From Trichoplax adhaerens (lineage: Eukaryota > Animalia > Placozoa), in assembly GCF_000150275.1 (NCBI RefSeq), contig NW_002060955.1, positions 974,287-1,038,286 on the forward strand: a stretch of DNA of 64,000 nucleotides, read 5' to 3'. A program made the translations under genes and the position numbers. A model generated the notes under the pieces. The model did not search any database. It was not told where the DNA came from and saw nothing but the letters and a program-made list of their open reading frames with translations. Below, one piece after another: positions 41,501-54,700 of this stretch (its first letter is position 1; each line of letters begins with the position of its first letter).

Positions 41501-44500
41501 AATTGTACTAAGATGCTTTAGAAAAGACAAAGTACGTAATTTTATTATTTATTAAGATACTTTTAAAACATTAATGCTGGTAGGAATTATAAGAACTATG
41601 AACTAGGACGAGTATTATACATTTATCTGACAGAACTTAGTTCTGCTCGTATAAATGGCCTAGGTCAGCATAAAAATATAGAACTGGAACGACAGCATTT
41701 AATCCAAAACATCGAAACATTTAGCTTGAACGAAGAATTTTTAAAATGATAAATGTAAAACCGATACTTGAAAAGTAAACTATTTCTACTTTTACCATGT
41801 TCATGTAATTATTAGGTACCTCATGCCATTCGGGAATATATTATTAATCACCTCGGCAAAGAATATGTTGAACCACCAGCATTTGATTTAACTAGAAGTT
41901 TCTTAGAATCAAGTCATATTGTTCCTCTCATATTTGTTCTGTCACCTGGTGCAGATCCATTAAGTTTATTACTAAAATTTGCAGACGATTCAGGTTTGAG
42001 ACATGCAATGTTACGATTATAATTAGACTGAATTACAATTGTGGCTTTCATTTTCAGAATTTATTACCCATGATGTTAATTTCTTTTTTTTGGATACTAT
42101 TACTACAGGACCGGGCAGAAAAAATTGTCAGAGTATTTCTCTAGGACAGGGTCAAGGTCCTGTTGCAACCTCCTTAATTCAAAAGGTACTTAAAAATCAG
42201 CAATCTGTAAACATGATCTAAATTTAGTAACCATCGAAGAATTACAAAAATTTAAATAAAATAATTGAATTCTTCCTAAGTATTTCCTAATTACTAATTT
42301 ATGACCTTGATGACAGATCTTAGTTTGATATATGTATCAAGAACTTGCAAACTGATATTGCAATGTGAAATTCAAAAGTGTGTTTCGCACTGAATGTTAG
42401 AATAAAACTGTTGAATGCATCTGCTATTACGGTTACTAAATTATTAATCTAACTCATAGGCAATGAAAGACGGTAAATGGGTTGTTTTACAAAACTGTCA
42501 TTTAGCAGTTTCATGGTTACCAACACTAGAGAAAATCTGTGAGGAGGTGAGATTTTGAAGGATTTGGTATCTCTTCGCAAAATAGACTACTATGATTTAT
42601 CAGCTAACTATCCCATCTAAACTGATCGCGTCTTAGGAAATTGTAGCCGATAAAGCTCATGCAAACTTTAGATTATGGCTAACTAGTTACCCTTCTGAAC
42701 ACTTTCCCGTTCCAATCCTACAACGCTGTAAGTAAATTTCCTACGTACGTAATGTACATAGATTCAGAGCAGTCAATCTTAAGGCATTAAGTTTTAACTT
42801 GTTGTCTAACGTCAACTTGAACTTTGGATACAAATTTCTCTTTTCATTTAGGTGTTAAAATGACTAATGAAATTCCAAAAGGCTTAAAATCAAATCTGTT
42901 TCGATCTTACACAACGGATCCAATTTCAAATCAGCAATTTTTCAATGGCTGTGACAAGACAAAGGTAGCATTTTCTTGATAGATTTTTCGTCATACTGGA
43001 TAATAATCAGTTTTAAATTTTTATGGTCTTCTATAATCCAGGAATGGAGAAAATTATTATTTGGACTATGCTTTTTCCATGCATTGGTACAAGAACGACG
43101 ATCATTCGGTCCTTTAGGATGGAATATTCCGTATGAGTTCAATGATTCTGACCTACACATTAGTGTTAGACAAGCGCAGGTAGTTTTAATGTTGACCTTT
43201 CAAGAGATGTTATTTCACTTCTTAACCTTACTCATTGGGTTACTAATTATGTATTATGGACTATTTTGCACTAGAATTTCCTAAATGAATATGAAGTTGT
43301 TCCACTGGACGCTTTAACCTACGTTATTGGTCAATGCAATTATGGTGGTCGAGTTACTGATGATTGGGATCGCCGTTTATTACTAAGTTTACTATCGAGG
43401 TTCTTTAATCATCAACTTCTAGAGGATGAGCAATACAAATTTTGCAATAACGAAATGTATTATTCTCCTGCAGATGTAAGTGGGAATGAATTAATTGGTC
43501 TTCAATCTTACGATTTTCTAATCCCTAATAATCGATATTTTAAAAATTATATTTAGAATGATTACAACCATTACATTGACTACATCAAATCGCTACCACT
43601 TACAGCTCATCCAGAGGTATTTACAAGCAGATAATTTGAAGTCTATACCTAATTGCATGATGTTCTACGTACGATTAGTAATATATGAAAGAATAGTTTT
43701 ATTTTGAATCGGAGCGAATTATTTTGACAGTTTTAAAAAATCTTACAATAGTAAGAATTTACCTTGCTAATTATCTGGACAGTTTTAATCTTATAATAGT
43801 AACAGTTTACCTTGCTGTACTGCTGTATTTCTATGAGGTGGATTACATAACGTAAAATACTAAGAAACTAGGATATACGATCCCGCTAGACTACTTGTAT
43901 TTTGATCATCAAATTTTACTATTTAGCTTGCAATCATGCTCTGTAGTTTCTTTATAATAAATTTAGTAATCCTCGAGTCTAAAGATTGCTTTTACATTTC
44001 TTATTTGCAAGGCATACGGATTACACGAAAATGCCGATATAACACGAGAGCTAAAAGATACACAAGAGTTATTCACTGGTGTTTTAGCTACACAACCACG
44101 TGAGGTAAGTCATAAAATCCAAGTTTTGTAATTATAGAAAGCAAAATTTTCGAGCTTAAAATTAACTGCGATACTTACTTAAGGTGGCTAATAAAGGAAA
44201 ATCACCGCAAGATACTGTTTATGATATGTGCTCCGATATATTGTCAAATATGTCCGATGAATTTTCCGTTAAAGATATAACGGTAAGACGAAAAAACTAA
44301 AAATTCTTCCATTACTTGATTCCAGGGATTTAATCTACTTTATAAAATACTCGATAATTTTATGTTATTGGTTAATCTCTCGCGATGAAATTGTAATAAT
44401 AAAGTTATTGATTGTAGACCTCATATCCAGTGCGGTATGAAGATTCTATGAATACTGTTCTGACTCAAGAAATAATAAGGTATCGATCGCAGTTACTACC

Positions 44501-46346
44501 ACTTTAGAGCTCTATTTCTTATAAAGCTGTCATTTATACGAAATGTACTTACACGATTATGTACTATATAATAGATTCAATCGGCTAATTGCTGTAATCC
44601 AATCTAGTCTAAGAAACATGCAAAAAGCTATCAAAGTAAACTATTTGAATTTTAAATAAACCATACTTGGAACACAATTGAATTTCTAAATTTAAGTTTA
44701 AATTCTCTTTGAAATCTTTATTAGGGTCAAATCATAATGTCCGCTGAATTAGAGAGTGCATTTGATTGCTTATTAGCTGGCAAGGTGAATGAAATGCTTA
44801 TAATTAACTAAAATGCACTAAATTATTTTAAATAGAAATCTTTCTTGTTGGTTTTTACGTTCATGCCGCGGCCATTGGGGAATTTCTTTTATCCATGGTT
44901 CACATCTAATTAGATTTTCATTAATTGTTGACAGGTTCCAAATGCTTGGATGAAAAAATCTTATCCATCTTTGAAACCATTAGGCGGATACATACTAGAT
45001 TTATTTGCTAGATTACAATTCTTTCAGGTAGATCAGTATAGGCTTAAATTTTCATATTAGAAGTTAAATTATTGGCTTTGTTGATTTTAAATGACTGTTT
45101 TCTTATTATTAATATCAAGGAATGGGTAGCTAATGGACATCCTACCGTTTACTGGTTATCAGGATTCTACTTTACGCAGTCATTTTTAACCGGTAATAAT
45201 TCTTAAAATGCCAGTTTCAATTCACTAATTCCGACAATTTATCAACTATTTGTACAGTTATTTCACAACTTATAATTTATGTTTATATCCCTACGATGGC
45301 TACGATATTAATGGATATTTTACATATCTTTATAGCTATTACTACTTTAAACTATATTACCATGATATCTTATATTATAGGCATACTTCAGAATCATTCG
45401 CGAAAGGCAAAAATTCCGATAGATTTACTAAGTTTCGACTTTCAGGTTCTTGACAATAAATTTGAAGCTAAATCTAAGCCGGTAAGGACTATTAAAGTAG
45501 TTTAATTAGTATGAATTTGTGCAACCATATTTTTAATGATGTTATTAAAAGTGGGATGGAATATTTGTAGGTGGATGGAGTCTATGTCTACGGATTATAT
45601 TTGGAGGGGGCAAGATGGAATAACGCTGATAAGGTAAGATGCCAAAAATATACGGATCTACCCATTATCATTATTTAATTTACATAATCTCGAGTATCAT
45701 AAATGAAGCGACCGCATCAGTGTTTACGAACTTTTCTACGGTTATAGGTCCTAGCCGAATCACGCTCAACCGTGTTATATGACAGTCTTCCAAAAGTATC
45801 CTTAATATTACTTAGTATTTTCAACATAATATATATGAATATGAAGAAATGATTCTACACAATGGAGACTACGTTATATTTGTCAAAATAGAATGCACTA
45901 TGTGATAAAATTGAGCTGGAAAAGAATTTTATTATATTTTTATATAAGAGAAGAGCTTTTCATTAACTAATTCAACAGATTTGGATGAAACCGAAACTGA
46001 AAAATTCCATTGATGTTAATGGTAGATACGAGTGCCCAGTCTATAAGACAAGTGCAAGAAGAGGCATTTTGTCTACAACTGGTATATGACAATTTATTGA
46101 TTTCTACTAATTTATATAGTTGAGCGTATTTATTATATATGTTTATACTATATTGAATAAATTGCTTTAGACTGAGAGCCTCTAAAGTAGCTTTCCGCTA
46201 ATCCTGTTTTATACAAATTCTACAATCGTTATATCCATTTAGGTCATTCAACAAACTATGTGCTAGCCATTTACATGCAATCGGATAAGCCACCTAGTCA
46301 CTGGATTGACCGCGGTGTAGCTTTACTGTGTCAATTAGACGATTAA
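17561..46346 (+). CDS. DNAH3: Axonemal (inner-arm, single-headed class) dynein heavy chain, DNAH3-like; about 95 exons; first in-frame ATG at 17624
   Basis: P-loop 1 GPAGTGKT (28260-28283), [24 protein letters not shown]; P2 GDALGGKT; P3 GPTGTGKT; stalk/MTBD exon 37216-37650; WPLMIDPQ; C-terminus [15 protein letters not shown] (TAA 46344-46346). The N-terminal [25 protein letters not shown] and DWHFNRGF motifs resemble DNAH3 more than DNAH7/12 (comparison from memory). Confidence 0.9.
23800..24070. repeat. Degenerate ~100-bp tandem duplication (2-3 copies) in a dynein intron
   Basis: caaagaataatatcaactttattata occurs twice (~23867 and ~23965), and a ccgaaaag/ctgaaaag core recurs three times. 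Confidence 0.65.
27601..27961. other. Assembly gap (50 N, 27789-27838) flanked by two near-identical copies of the same intronic sequence
   Basis: 27601-27788 and 27839-27961 match apart from a few substitutions/small indels and a 63-nt insert (27647-27709) in the left copy. Confidence 0.9.
33198..33551. repeat. Diverged tandem duplication in a dynein intron
   Basis: gtctagac(c/t)catcttgagatcatc at ~33198 and ~33384; tagtaaattaaa, gtactatcagttt, tagaatcatcta and aaattaatttc are repeated in the same order. Confidence 0.75.
35171..35467 (+). other. GC-AG intron in dynein heavy chain
   Basis: AAG|GCAAGT donor joins DNQLK to EESYLEDIN, restoring the conserved AAA4 motif. Confidence 0.8.
39209..39447 (+). 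other. GC-AG intron in dynein heavy chain
   Basis: CAG|GCATGT donor joins LLLKLTFKQ to [15 protein letters not shown], colinear with the conserved AAA5 region. Confidence 0.7.
45796..45978 (+). other. Probable U12-type (minor spliceosome) GT-AG intron in dynein heavy chain
   Basis: 5' site GTATCCTT; branch-like TTTTCATTAAC ending 11 nt before the intron end; joins DSLPK to IWMKP in frame. Confidence 0.6.
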
Positions 46347-48719
46347 TGGTTATAAAATTTAACAGAATCTTAAAAAATATTAGCTGTTGTTTATATCACT
46401 AAATATACATTTTACCGAATGCGAGCGTGCGCGTGTAGAATTGATTATTAGTACTGTAATTTTATTATCTTACATTAATCATATTCACTATTGTAAAGCT
46501 ATGAAAGTAATAAATTGAAATTAATTGCCATCGCAATTTACTTTGATGATCTTGGCGATGGTATGAACGGTAATTCATAAACTAAAGTTCTTAAACAGCA
46601 AAATGAGTTTACTGTTTACCGTATCATTTATTTTTTGATTATTTCGATTCTAAAGATACTAACTGAATAGCACTAGAGGTAGCGTTATTAAAAATATTTT
46701 ATGATTTTATCTGTAACTTTTAAAATAAATATCCAACAATTGTTTCATATTATTCTTAAGAGTATGCAATGCTAACATTCATTTAGCTATTAAATTTAAA
46801 TTTAAACTTAGCTCTCATTACCGAATAAACATTGAGTCAGCCTAAATTGATGTACTTTTTATTGACTGGAAGTATTTTCAAGCAGTAAGCTATTAATTCA
46901 TATATCAATTTAATTTCGATCAGCTTTTAAAAAAATTTAGCACTTACTACTACGCTAAGCATTGTATTGCAATGTGTGTAGTTCTATAAATGAACTATCT
47001 CTTATCTATAATAAAATTAGATTATCGCGACGCTAATTATTTTATATGCGATATACTTAGATATTATTTTATCATCAAAAGACCTTGATAAAGTGTTTGA
47101 TATTTAGATAATTATGTAATTTGGTAATTTGATTAGAATAACTTTAGTGTAATTCCTAAATTCACATTAGTGTTTAAGACTGTTCATCTGCGAGTTACAG
47201 ACTAGCGAAACATGAATCCATGTACGTTTATCGTAGTAGTTACTTAGTGTTTTTTACGTTATTTATAATAGCCCAATTTAGAATTTGTTATATCATTCAG
47301 CCAAAAGCAGCCTTTCAATCTTGTCGTATTGTTTTATTCGATAAATTTAATTCTGTTTTAAAATTCAGTACATCAAATCAGAAGTAATTAACGTATAATT
47401 TTGCATGTTAAATTGCTAGTAAAGGCATATTTATGCGCTGACATTCCCTTCAACTTTTGCTCAAAGTTCAATAATTGTAGCAAGTTAGATAGAAAGAGAT
47501 ACAGATTGTATTCAATGCTTTGGTTCATACATTATTGGGAAGAAATTACGAACTTTACAGCTCTGGTATAGTTAATCAACCAGTTAAACGAATAAATGTT
47601 ATTGAAAATTGTTACTCAGTACAGTATCTTTCATATACATATTTCTGTTAGTCGTCATTATATCTACATGTATATCAGGATATGCTTGTTTTTACATTCT
47701 ACCTTAACTCAAGCAATAGCATGCTGCCGATGTGAATAAATTTTAGTTTCTGGATTAATAACGATAGCAATATTACTAAGATGCATTAAACATTTTACAA
47801 ATATTAATGTAAAATATGGGAAAAATTATTGTCTTCATGTTTATAGATCATGCAGCGTTAATTGCAATTACTGTTCATATCTCAAACCGTTAACTATGAG
47901 AGTTACTTTCACAGGTTATTAATTTTTATACTAATAAATCAGTCTAATAGAGCAAAGTGTAAGTATATAACATATATTTTGCCTAAATTGTTCAATAAAG
48001 CTAGTTAACTTTAGTTACATAGATGAAAACAGCACAGTTAATTTTCTATGATTGAAAGTTTAAAAAAAAATGGAAAGGCGTTACTAGTGTAGCAAATAAA
48101 AACGCAGGATAACAGAGCAATTTAAAATTTCTACGCAATCTATTTTTCGTGTCTAGTTCCGCATACTATATAACATGCATTAGAAGCTAAAAGCATAGCT
48201 AATCGTTCAGCAGTATCCAATTGAGCTATTCTATGATTTTGTATAGCTAATATTACAGAATCAGTAATATCAAATTAGCATATTTTATAATCCACAATAA
48301 CTGGCAGCATTAATACATTTAGCATACAAAGGAATAATTGATCATAAAAACCATATGTTGCTCTAGTAGAAATTATCAGCTATTAGAAGCAACCTATTCA
48401 TCATCTTCTATAACTTACTGCAATATTCATTAAAGCAAATTTCATCATAAACCAATTCAGAATAATGATGAAGTCAATTCCTAATTACTCTTATGGCAAT
48501 AAATATATAGCATTACATTCACTTGTTCTTATGTTAGGAGTTAAATTTGATCTTTGGTTATGCGATAAAATGTAAAATTAGATCATATCGTGTTTATAAA
48601 TGCCTTATTCAAGGCAATATTCAGGATTTTGATTTTATTCGAAATCGATTACATTTACGATTAATGATCAAATCTATCACTTCACTACATGAACCTCAAG
48701 TGGCAGTTATCGTCATGAA

Positions 48720-51700
48720 TTAAAACAACAGACCGTGTTCTTTAATATTTTTTTGTAGTATAACGTCGGTTACTGCAGCAAATACAAATACTATATTTTC
48801 TGTATCGGTAGCACACGTGAAATGAGAATAGATGGTCTTTTCTTTCCCATTACTATTGAGAGATATAAATTTCTTTTGTATATAACTTGTTGTTTCTTCA
48901 TAACTATTTGTTCCTAAAATTTAAGCGCAATTATAGGTTAGTGTATAGTTTTTTATGCTTAATTCAAGAAATAGATGTTGTGTATTAACGAATTATCTAA
49001 ACTAATTATAGCTCAGACTGTGCTTCCTAGATAATTATAGCTCATTTATTCTTTGCAATGGTTCATATTACAGTTTTTTACCATTATATTCCGGAAAACA
49101 AGTGGTAATAGGAGATTTTCTAATTTTTTCTTTAAAGATATCAGTCTTGTTTAAGAATAATATGATAGAGGTTTTCTTAAACCATTGATTATTACAGACT
49201 GAATCGAATAAATTTAGGCTTTCTTTCATTCGATTCTAATAGTTTTTTAATGAAACATGTATGTATTAGCGTTTAAAATATGATAATATTAAAAATGCTA
49301 TCAGCTGTAGCTAAACATATTCGAAGATTACAACTAATTTTCATCCGTTTTACCGTAAAATAGTCTTCCTGCAAGACCAAATCATATGCACTTAAAGCCG
49401 CGCAAAATATAACTGCAGTAACATTTTCAAAACAGTGTATCCATTTCCTTCTTTCACTACGCTGCCCACCGACATCGATCATTCTAGTTTGAGAAAGTAA
49501 TCGGTAGAAATAGAAGATTAAAGTCTATTACGTAGCCTTTGACGATAAAGTATGGCGATTGGCAGTTATGTAATGTAGTTATGAGTAAACAGAGCAGAAA
49601 TTGATGAGTGTAATGGAGAATATAGTGAAATCGACTACAATATTATTGCCGACTAAAAATTTACCTACAAGTAATTCTATATTGATATCTTACTTAAACT
49701 CAAGACCCTTGTATTCAAATTCTGTTTCTTTAATAGAGCTGGTTTTAACCCTTGCTCGTAATATATCTTGCTCCGATGGTAAATAAGAATCTTGTACCAG
49801 GCGATCTAAGTCATCTAGATAGCTAAAATAAATCGTGTTTCGTTAATACTGCAAAAGTTCCATTACCAATTCCGTCACTTTGTCTACTTGTTTATACCGT
49901 ACTTATTGGACATCGTATAAAAATTTATTATTAACTTGGTACAGATCTAGCAATTATACTGTATAGCCTCCATGAAATTTTTATATTCATTTACAGTAGT
50001 CATCGAATTTAATAGTTTATATGCATTCATTTTCCTTACTATGATGCAGAATCCATTAACTGATATTCTCTAGAGCGATTAAAACATTTCTGTACATCAG
50101 GATCATTCCACAATCGTTTCATAATCTTTTTTAACTCTGGCGTAACTTCATCAGGACTATCATATATTAATCTTAGAAAATCTTCAGCATCGATCTGATT
50201 GGACAAATCAATATTTCATTTTAATAACTTTTATTAAATTATCTATTTCTGCAATGAGCACTCCAACGATAATACTCACCTTTGTATGAGAACGTGAAAT
50301 ATCGATTTTTAAAACTTTCATAGCTTCAATAATTGCTTTTAACGAATAAATAGCATTACAATGGATTATTGATTTATATTGCTGTCGATCTTCATCTGAA
50401 TAGCCACTTTCATGGATAATCCTATATAAAATATATCGCAAGATAGATATGATAGAAGGGCATTATTGATATTATTTCATTCAGTAGCTCAAAACATTTA
50501 ATGGTTATTACTAGAAATAATGCAGAGTTGTAATTTAGAACATAGTAAAGAATTTTATTGATTTCGTACCGCATTTGCTTGGCAATTGTACTTTTACCAG
50601 ATTCACCAGCGCCTATTAATTAATAATTTGAACCAATGCGTAAAATTAGCAAATTGAAGTTGTAATTTTAATAGTAATGGGAGATGACTAACCCTAATTC
50701 TTTAACCTACACCTAGTGAACCAGTATTGTACTACTGTTACATCAGTAATGAAATAAGAATAGATAAATTCTGAAAGAAAATTATTTGCTATCATCCAAT
50801 AGTTCAATGATTCGGCAGAACCGAATCATGTGGAACTGATTAACTTTCCTATCTATATGCTCATCGCTGATGAAGAGGTGATGCAAATAAATTTTATAAA
50901 AATGCTCTACTATACAAGACTGTAAATTAAATAGCACATTTGATTAATTTTATTTTTTGTAATTTCTATTTGATAACTGAAAGCAGATATTTCAAAACTA
51001 TACAAGTTATTTTATATGCTTCATCATTATAAATTCTGAAAAATAAGAGTAGATAAGAGTGGAATAGTTACATGAAAGATGTTTTTTATTTACGTTGATT
51101 AAATCGTTATTTATTAGTAGTCGATTTCAAAGACGTAAAAGTTCCTAATGCGCCTTATGAGTCTTGATACACGATATTTCTTATTTCACTCAAGGGCCAA
51201 CTAGAAATTTTAATGTCGTCATATGTTATGCATAAATAGAGTATTATTATACTTGTTTGTTTGTTAAGACAGCACTCCATAAACATTGACAAATGACATT
51301 AGAATGAGTAAAAAATTTTCTTTCAATGTTCGATACTAAGCAAAAACGTTGACTTTCTTGTAAGGAATCGTCAATTTTTGATTGAAATGTATGCCAAACG
51401 TTTTACGTATTTAAAATAATTAACCAGCTATAAATTAATGATAACCTGCAGCTATGACTACTTTCTTAAAAGGGATAACAATAATAACAATATCACAAAC
51501 AACAACAACAAGGAAAGAAGAATTGCTGTATCAGTTGGTTAAAACTACTGTATGCTGGCCTTCTTGGTGTAGTCTGAAATGTCTATACAGTATTTGAGAT
51601 TTCATTACTAATAATGATGTTTAAATCAAGTATTACGAAATCGATAGTTTAGACCATAAAATTGTTCGAACTTGTATAAAAATTCGAAATGAGACTATTT

Positions 51701-54700
51701 TACTTAGAGTTTTCCCACAGTCTTTATTAAAAATCAAATCGTAATGCCGCTCATATTTATTCTAATGCCATTTGCTAGAAAAGGAAAGTCTAGCCTGTAG
51801 TAAACTTAAGATCAGATCTAGTTATGGCCAATTCATTGCAATCCTTAGAAAAGAGGTATAAAGCTTATAATTGTAATTTTTTAATCATTAAAGCAATTCA
51901 GAAAGCATAAATTATACTAAGAAAGTAATGGGTTCAAAAACGATCAAGATCTAATCCATGATATAGGTGCCAGATTGACAATTTGTTAAATTTGGGGAAT
52001 TTATGATGAAATTAAGTAAGCAACAAACTACTCTTTCGAAATGATTTTACAAGTATCTAGTCTTGCTAATTCTAATGTAAATTTATGAGATAGATACTCA
52101 CTTGCGCAACTAACTGGCTAAGTCCTGAATTATATCTATACCAGATTATATCACCACACAAATAAACACTATAAGATATTCCGGTTAAAACACTGCCCTT
52201 CCCAAGTAAATGCTTAGAATATATTCTTGTAGTATAATAAACTATCCTAAGTGTAATAGATCGCACGTTTTTATCCAACATCTACATCGATATTTATTTC
52301 AAGGGCAACTTAATACCTACGAGTATAGTAATATGATAACGCATCTCTAAAACGATAATGTAGGTAGTTGGACTACAAGATTACCTAAATATTTATTCAA
52401 GGAAATGAAATTTAGTATACTGTATAAATTGTATTATTTTGGCAGTGATGCCTCTATTAGGCCTATAAATGATTACTAGATTAGCCTAACAGGAGCTGGC
52501 TTTCAATTGGAACCACTAGAGCAACATAAGCGTAATTAGATAGCAGCTCGACAAGCTAAACCACTCCAGTAATTCTAAGAAAAATTGTCACCCGATTATA
52601 CAGCATAAGGTATATAAAGTAAATCCCCCGCCGCTAGAGATGTAATTATTAAATTGCATATCGGTAGAAGAACGAATTTATATTAAACTCGCACAGCGAA
52701 GTTAAGAAAAAATTAAATTTTTTGTCATTTTTTCGATGTATATTGCTGCTTTAAGCTTCATATCGTTTACTACTGTATGCTTATTTTATTTCTAAGAAAG
52801 GACTGTAAATATTTTATGATATCCTTCACTTACGCGGATATAAATTTATGTCACGGATTTAAAACTAAATTAGCTGCTCTAATTTTAGTTGCGTATCTGC
52901 CCTCAATCCTATCTCTAGAAATCGTAATCTTTCATGTGCCTTTTCTTGCTACTACGCTCCGTCCTCTTATACATTTGTTCTTGCTTGCCTATAAACTGAG
53001 TCTCACCTAATTGCTGCCACTAAGCCGAACGATATTTTCCTGTCGTCTTGATCTACCTTGTAGTACATAATCAAGAGATCTTAGTCATAATATAACTAGA
53101 GAAAATTTAAACCCGTCTTTGCCCTGAATCAACACTGATTATGGGTTGAAACCAATGTATTTCTAGTCAAAAAATTCCATATCTTTCCGTACAATTAAAG
53201 TATATTTAAAGCCTGTTCAGCTTCCATACATTTTAAAATAAGGCTTTTGGCGATAGCGCTTAATCAACACTAATGACACGGTTTATATTAATTCAAAGTT
53301 TCCTTAGCCGGAGCGTAGGCTCTTATGTACTGGTAAATGCTCCGATTGCAAATATACTTTTAATTAGCAAGTATTTTGTATAAGTTTCTTTCTTGCTTAC
53401 AATTTAAACTAATGACTACTAACACATGTAGACTAGCATACTAACATACTGGATAGCAAACAAAGTATCGTCAGATGTAACGGTATTTGTTGTTATTTAT
53501 TCAGCATTGTACTGTAGGGATAAAGGATTAATTAGAATATGGTATATTCTGCATGCGTGCTGAAAAGAGGATTTGATGCGGAAATAATATCCCACAATGC
53601 GCAATGGATTAGCTGTAGAATTAAAGAAAATTATTGTAGCCCACCTTCCATACTACAGTTCGAATACTGGGAATAATAATGCGATGAATGACTGAGTTTA
53701 CAAAAAGATTTTAGAGGCTATCGTTACTACCCATGATATTCCGATGAAAACATACGCGATATGTTCATGATCTGTTCTTGAACTGGTCGTTCCTAGATTA
53801 AATTCACGATAACTAAATATCTTCATCGTTGGCATCAATATGATATTGAACAGTTTTTTGACGAAACAGTTTGGGCTTTCTCGAAGCCCCTTTATCCCCT
53901 CTTCAATCAAATTTCTATTTATGAATGCTATCAAATACTTTTACTTCATGACAATAGACCAATAAACTATATTATAGGTATTTATACATAGATATCTATA
54001 ATCCTGCACAAAGATTAACTCCTTAAACTCCTATAGAAATTCTTTCATGATAGTAACCTACTAACAGAGGAAGTAACAAATTACAGCGTTGCTGAAATGG
54101 ATTATAATGTTAATGGTTACTACTAACAAAACATGGATAGAATACTCATAGTGTCTCTGCTATTTTAATTCTCTATGAATAAGTGTATAGCTAAGAATAA
54201 AATATGATTTGTAAGCGTTTATCGATTTGTAGGACTTGAACTGTTGTCTACATGTGAGTGAAGGCGGCAACATTTCGTGATAATGATTTTGATTACTCTA
54301 ACACTGACCTAGTTTTAAGAACAGTTAATCAGTAACATTTCATGCTGTAACTATAATATACATTCTTAGCTAATAAAAATGAAGAAATGAGCTAGCGATT
54401 GATATACGAGTATTTTCAGAGTCAACATAATGGTATATTTCCGCTTAGAACAGTGCTACAGTTAGGTAGAGGTGTATTGTAATATCAAAAGCTAAAAATT
54501 TCTACTAGCGTAAAACTATCTGCAATGCCGCATTTTATTGTACAATAATATACCAACTTCCATCATTTTGCTAATCAGGTGAGGAAAGTTATTAAATTCA
54601 GTACTGAATCAATACTATTTCATTTAACAGTAACTTTATTACCGAATAAATGAAGAAAAACAAAGAATTGAGTTTAATACTTAGAATCAAAAACATGTCA

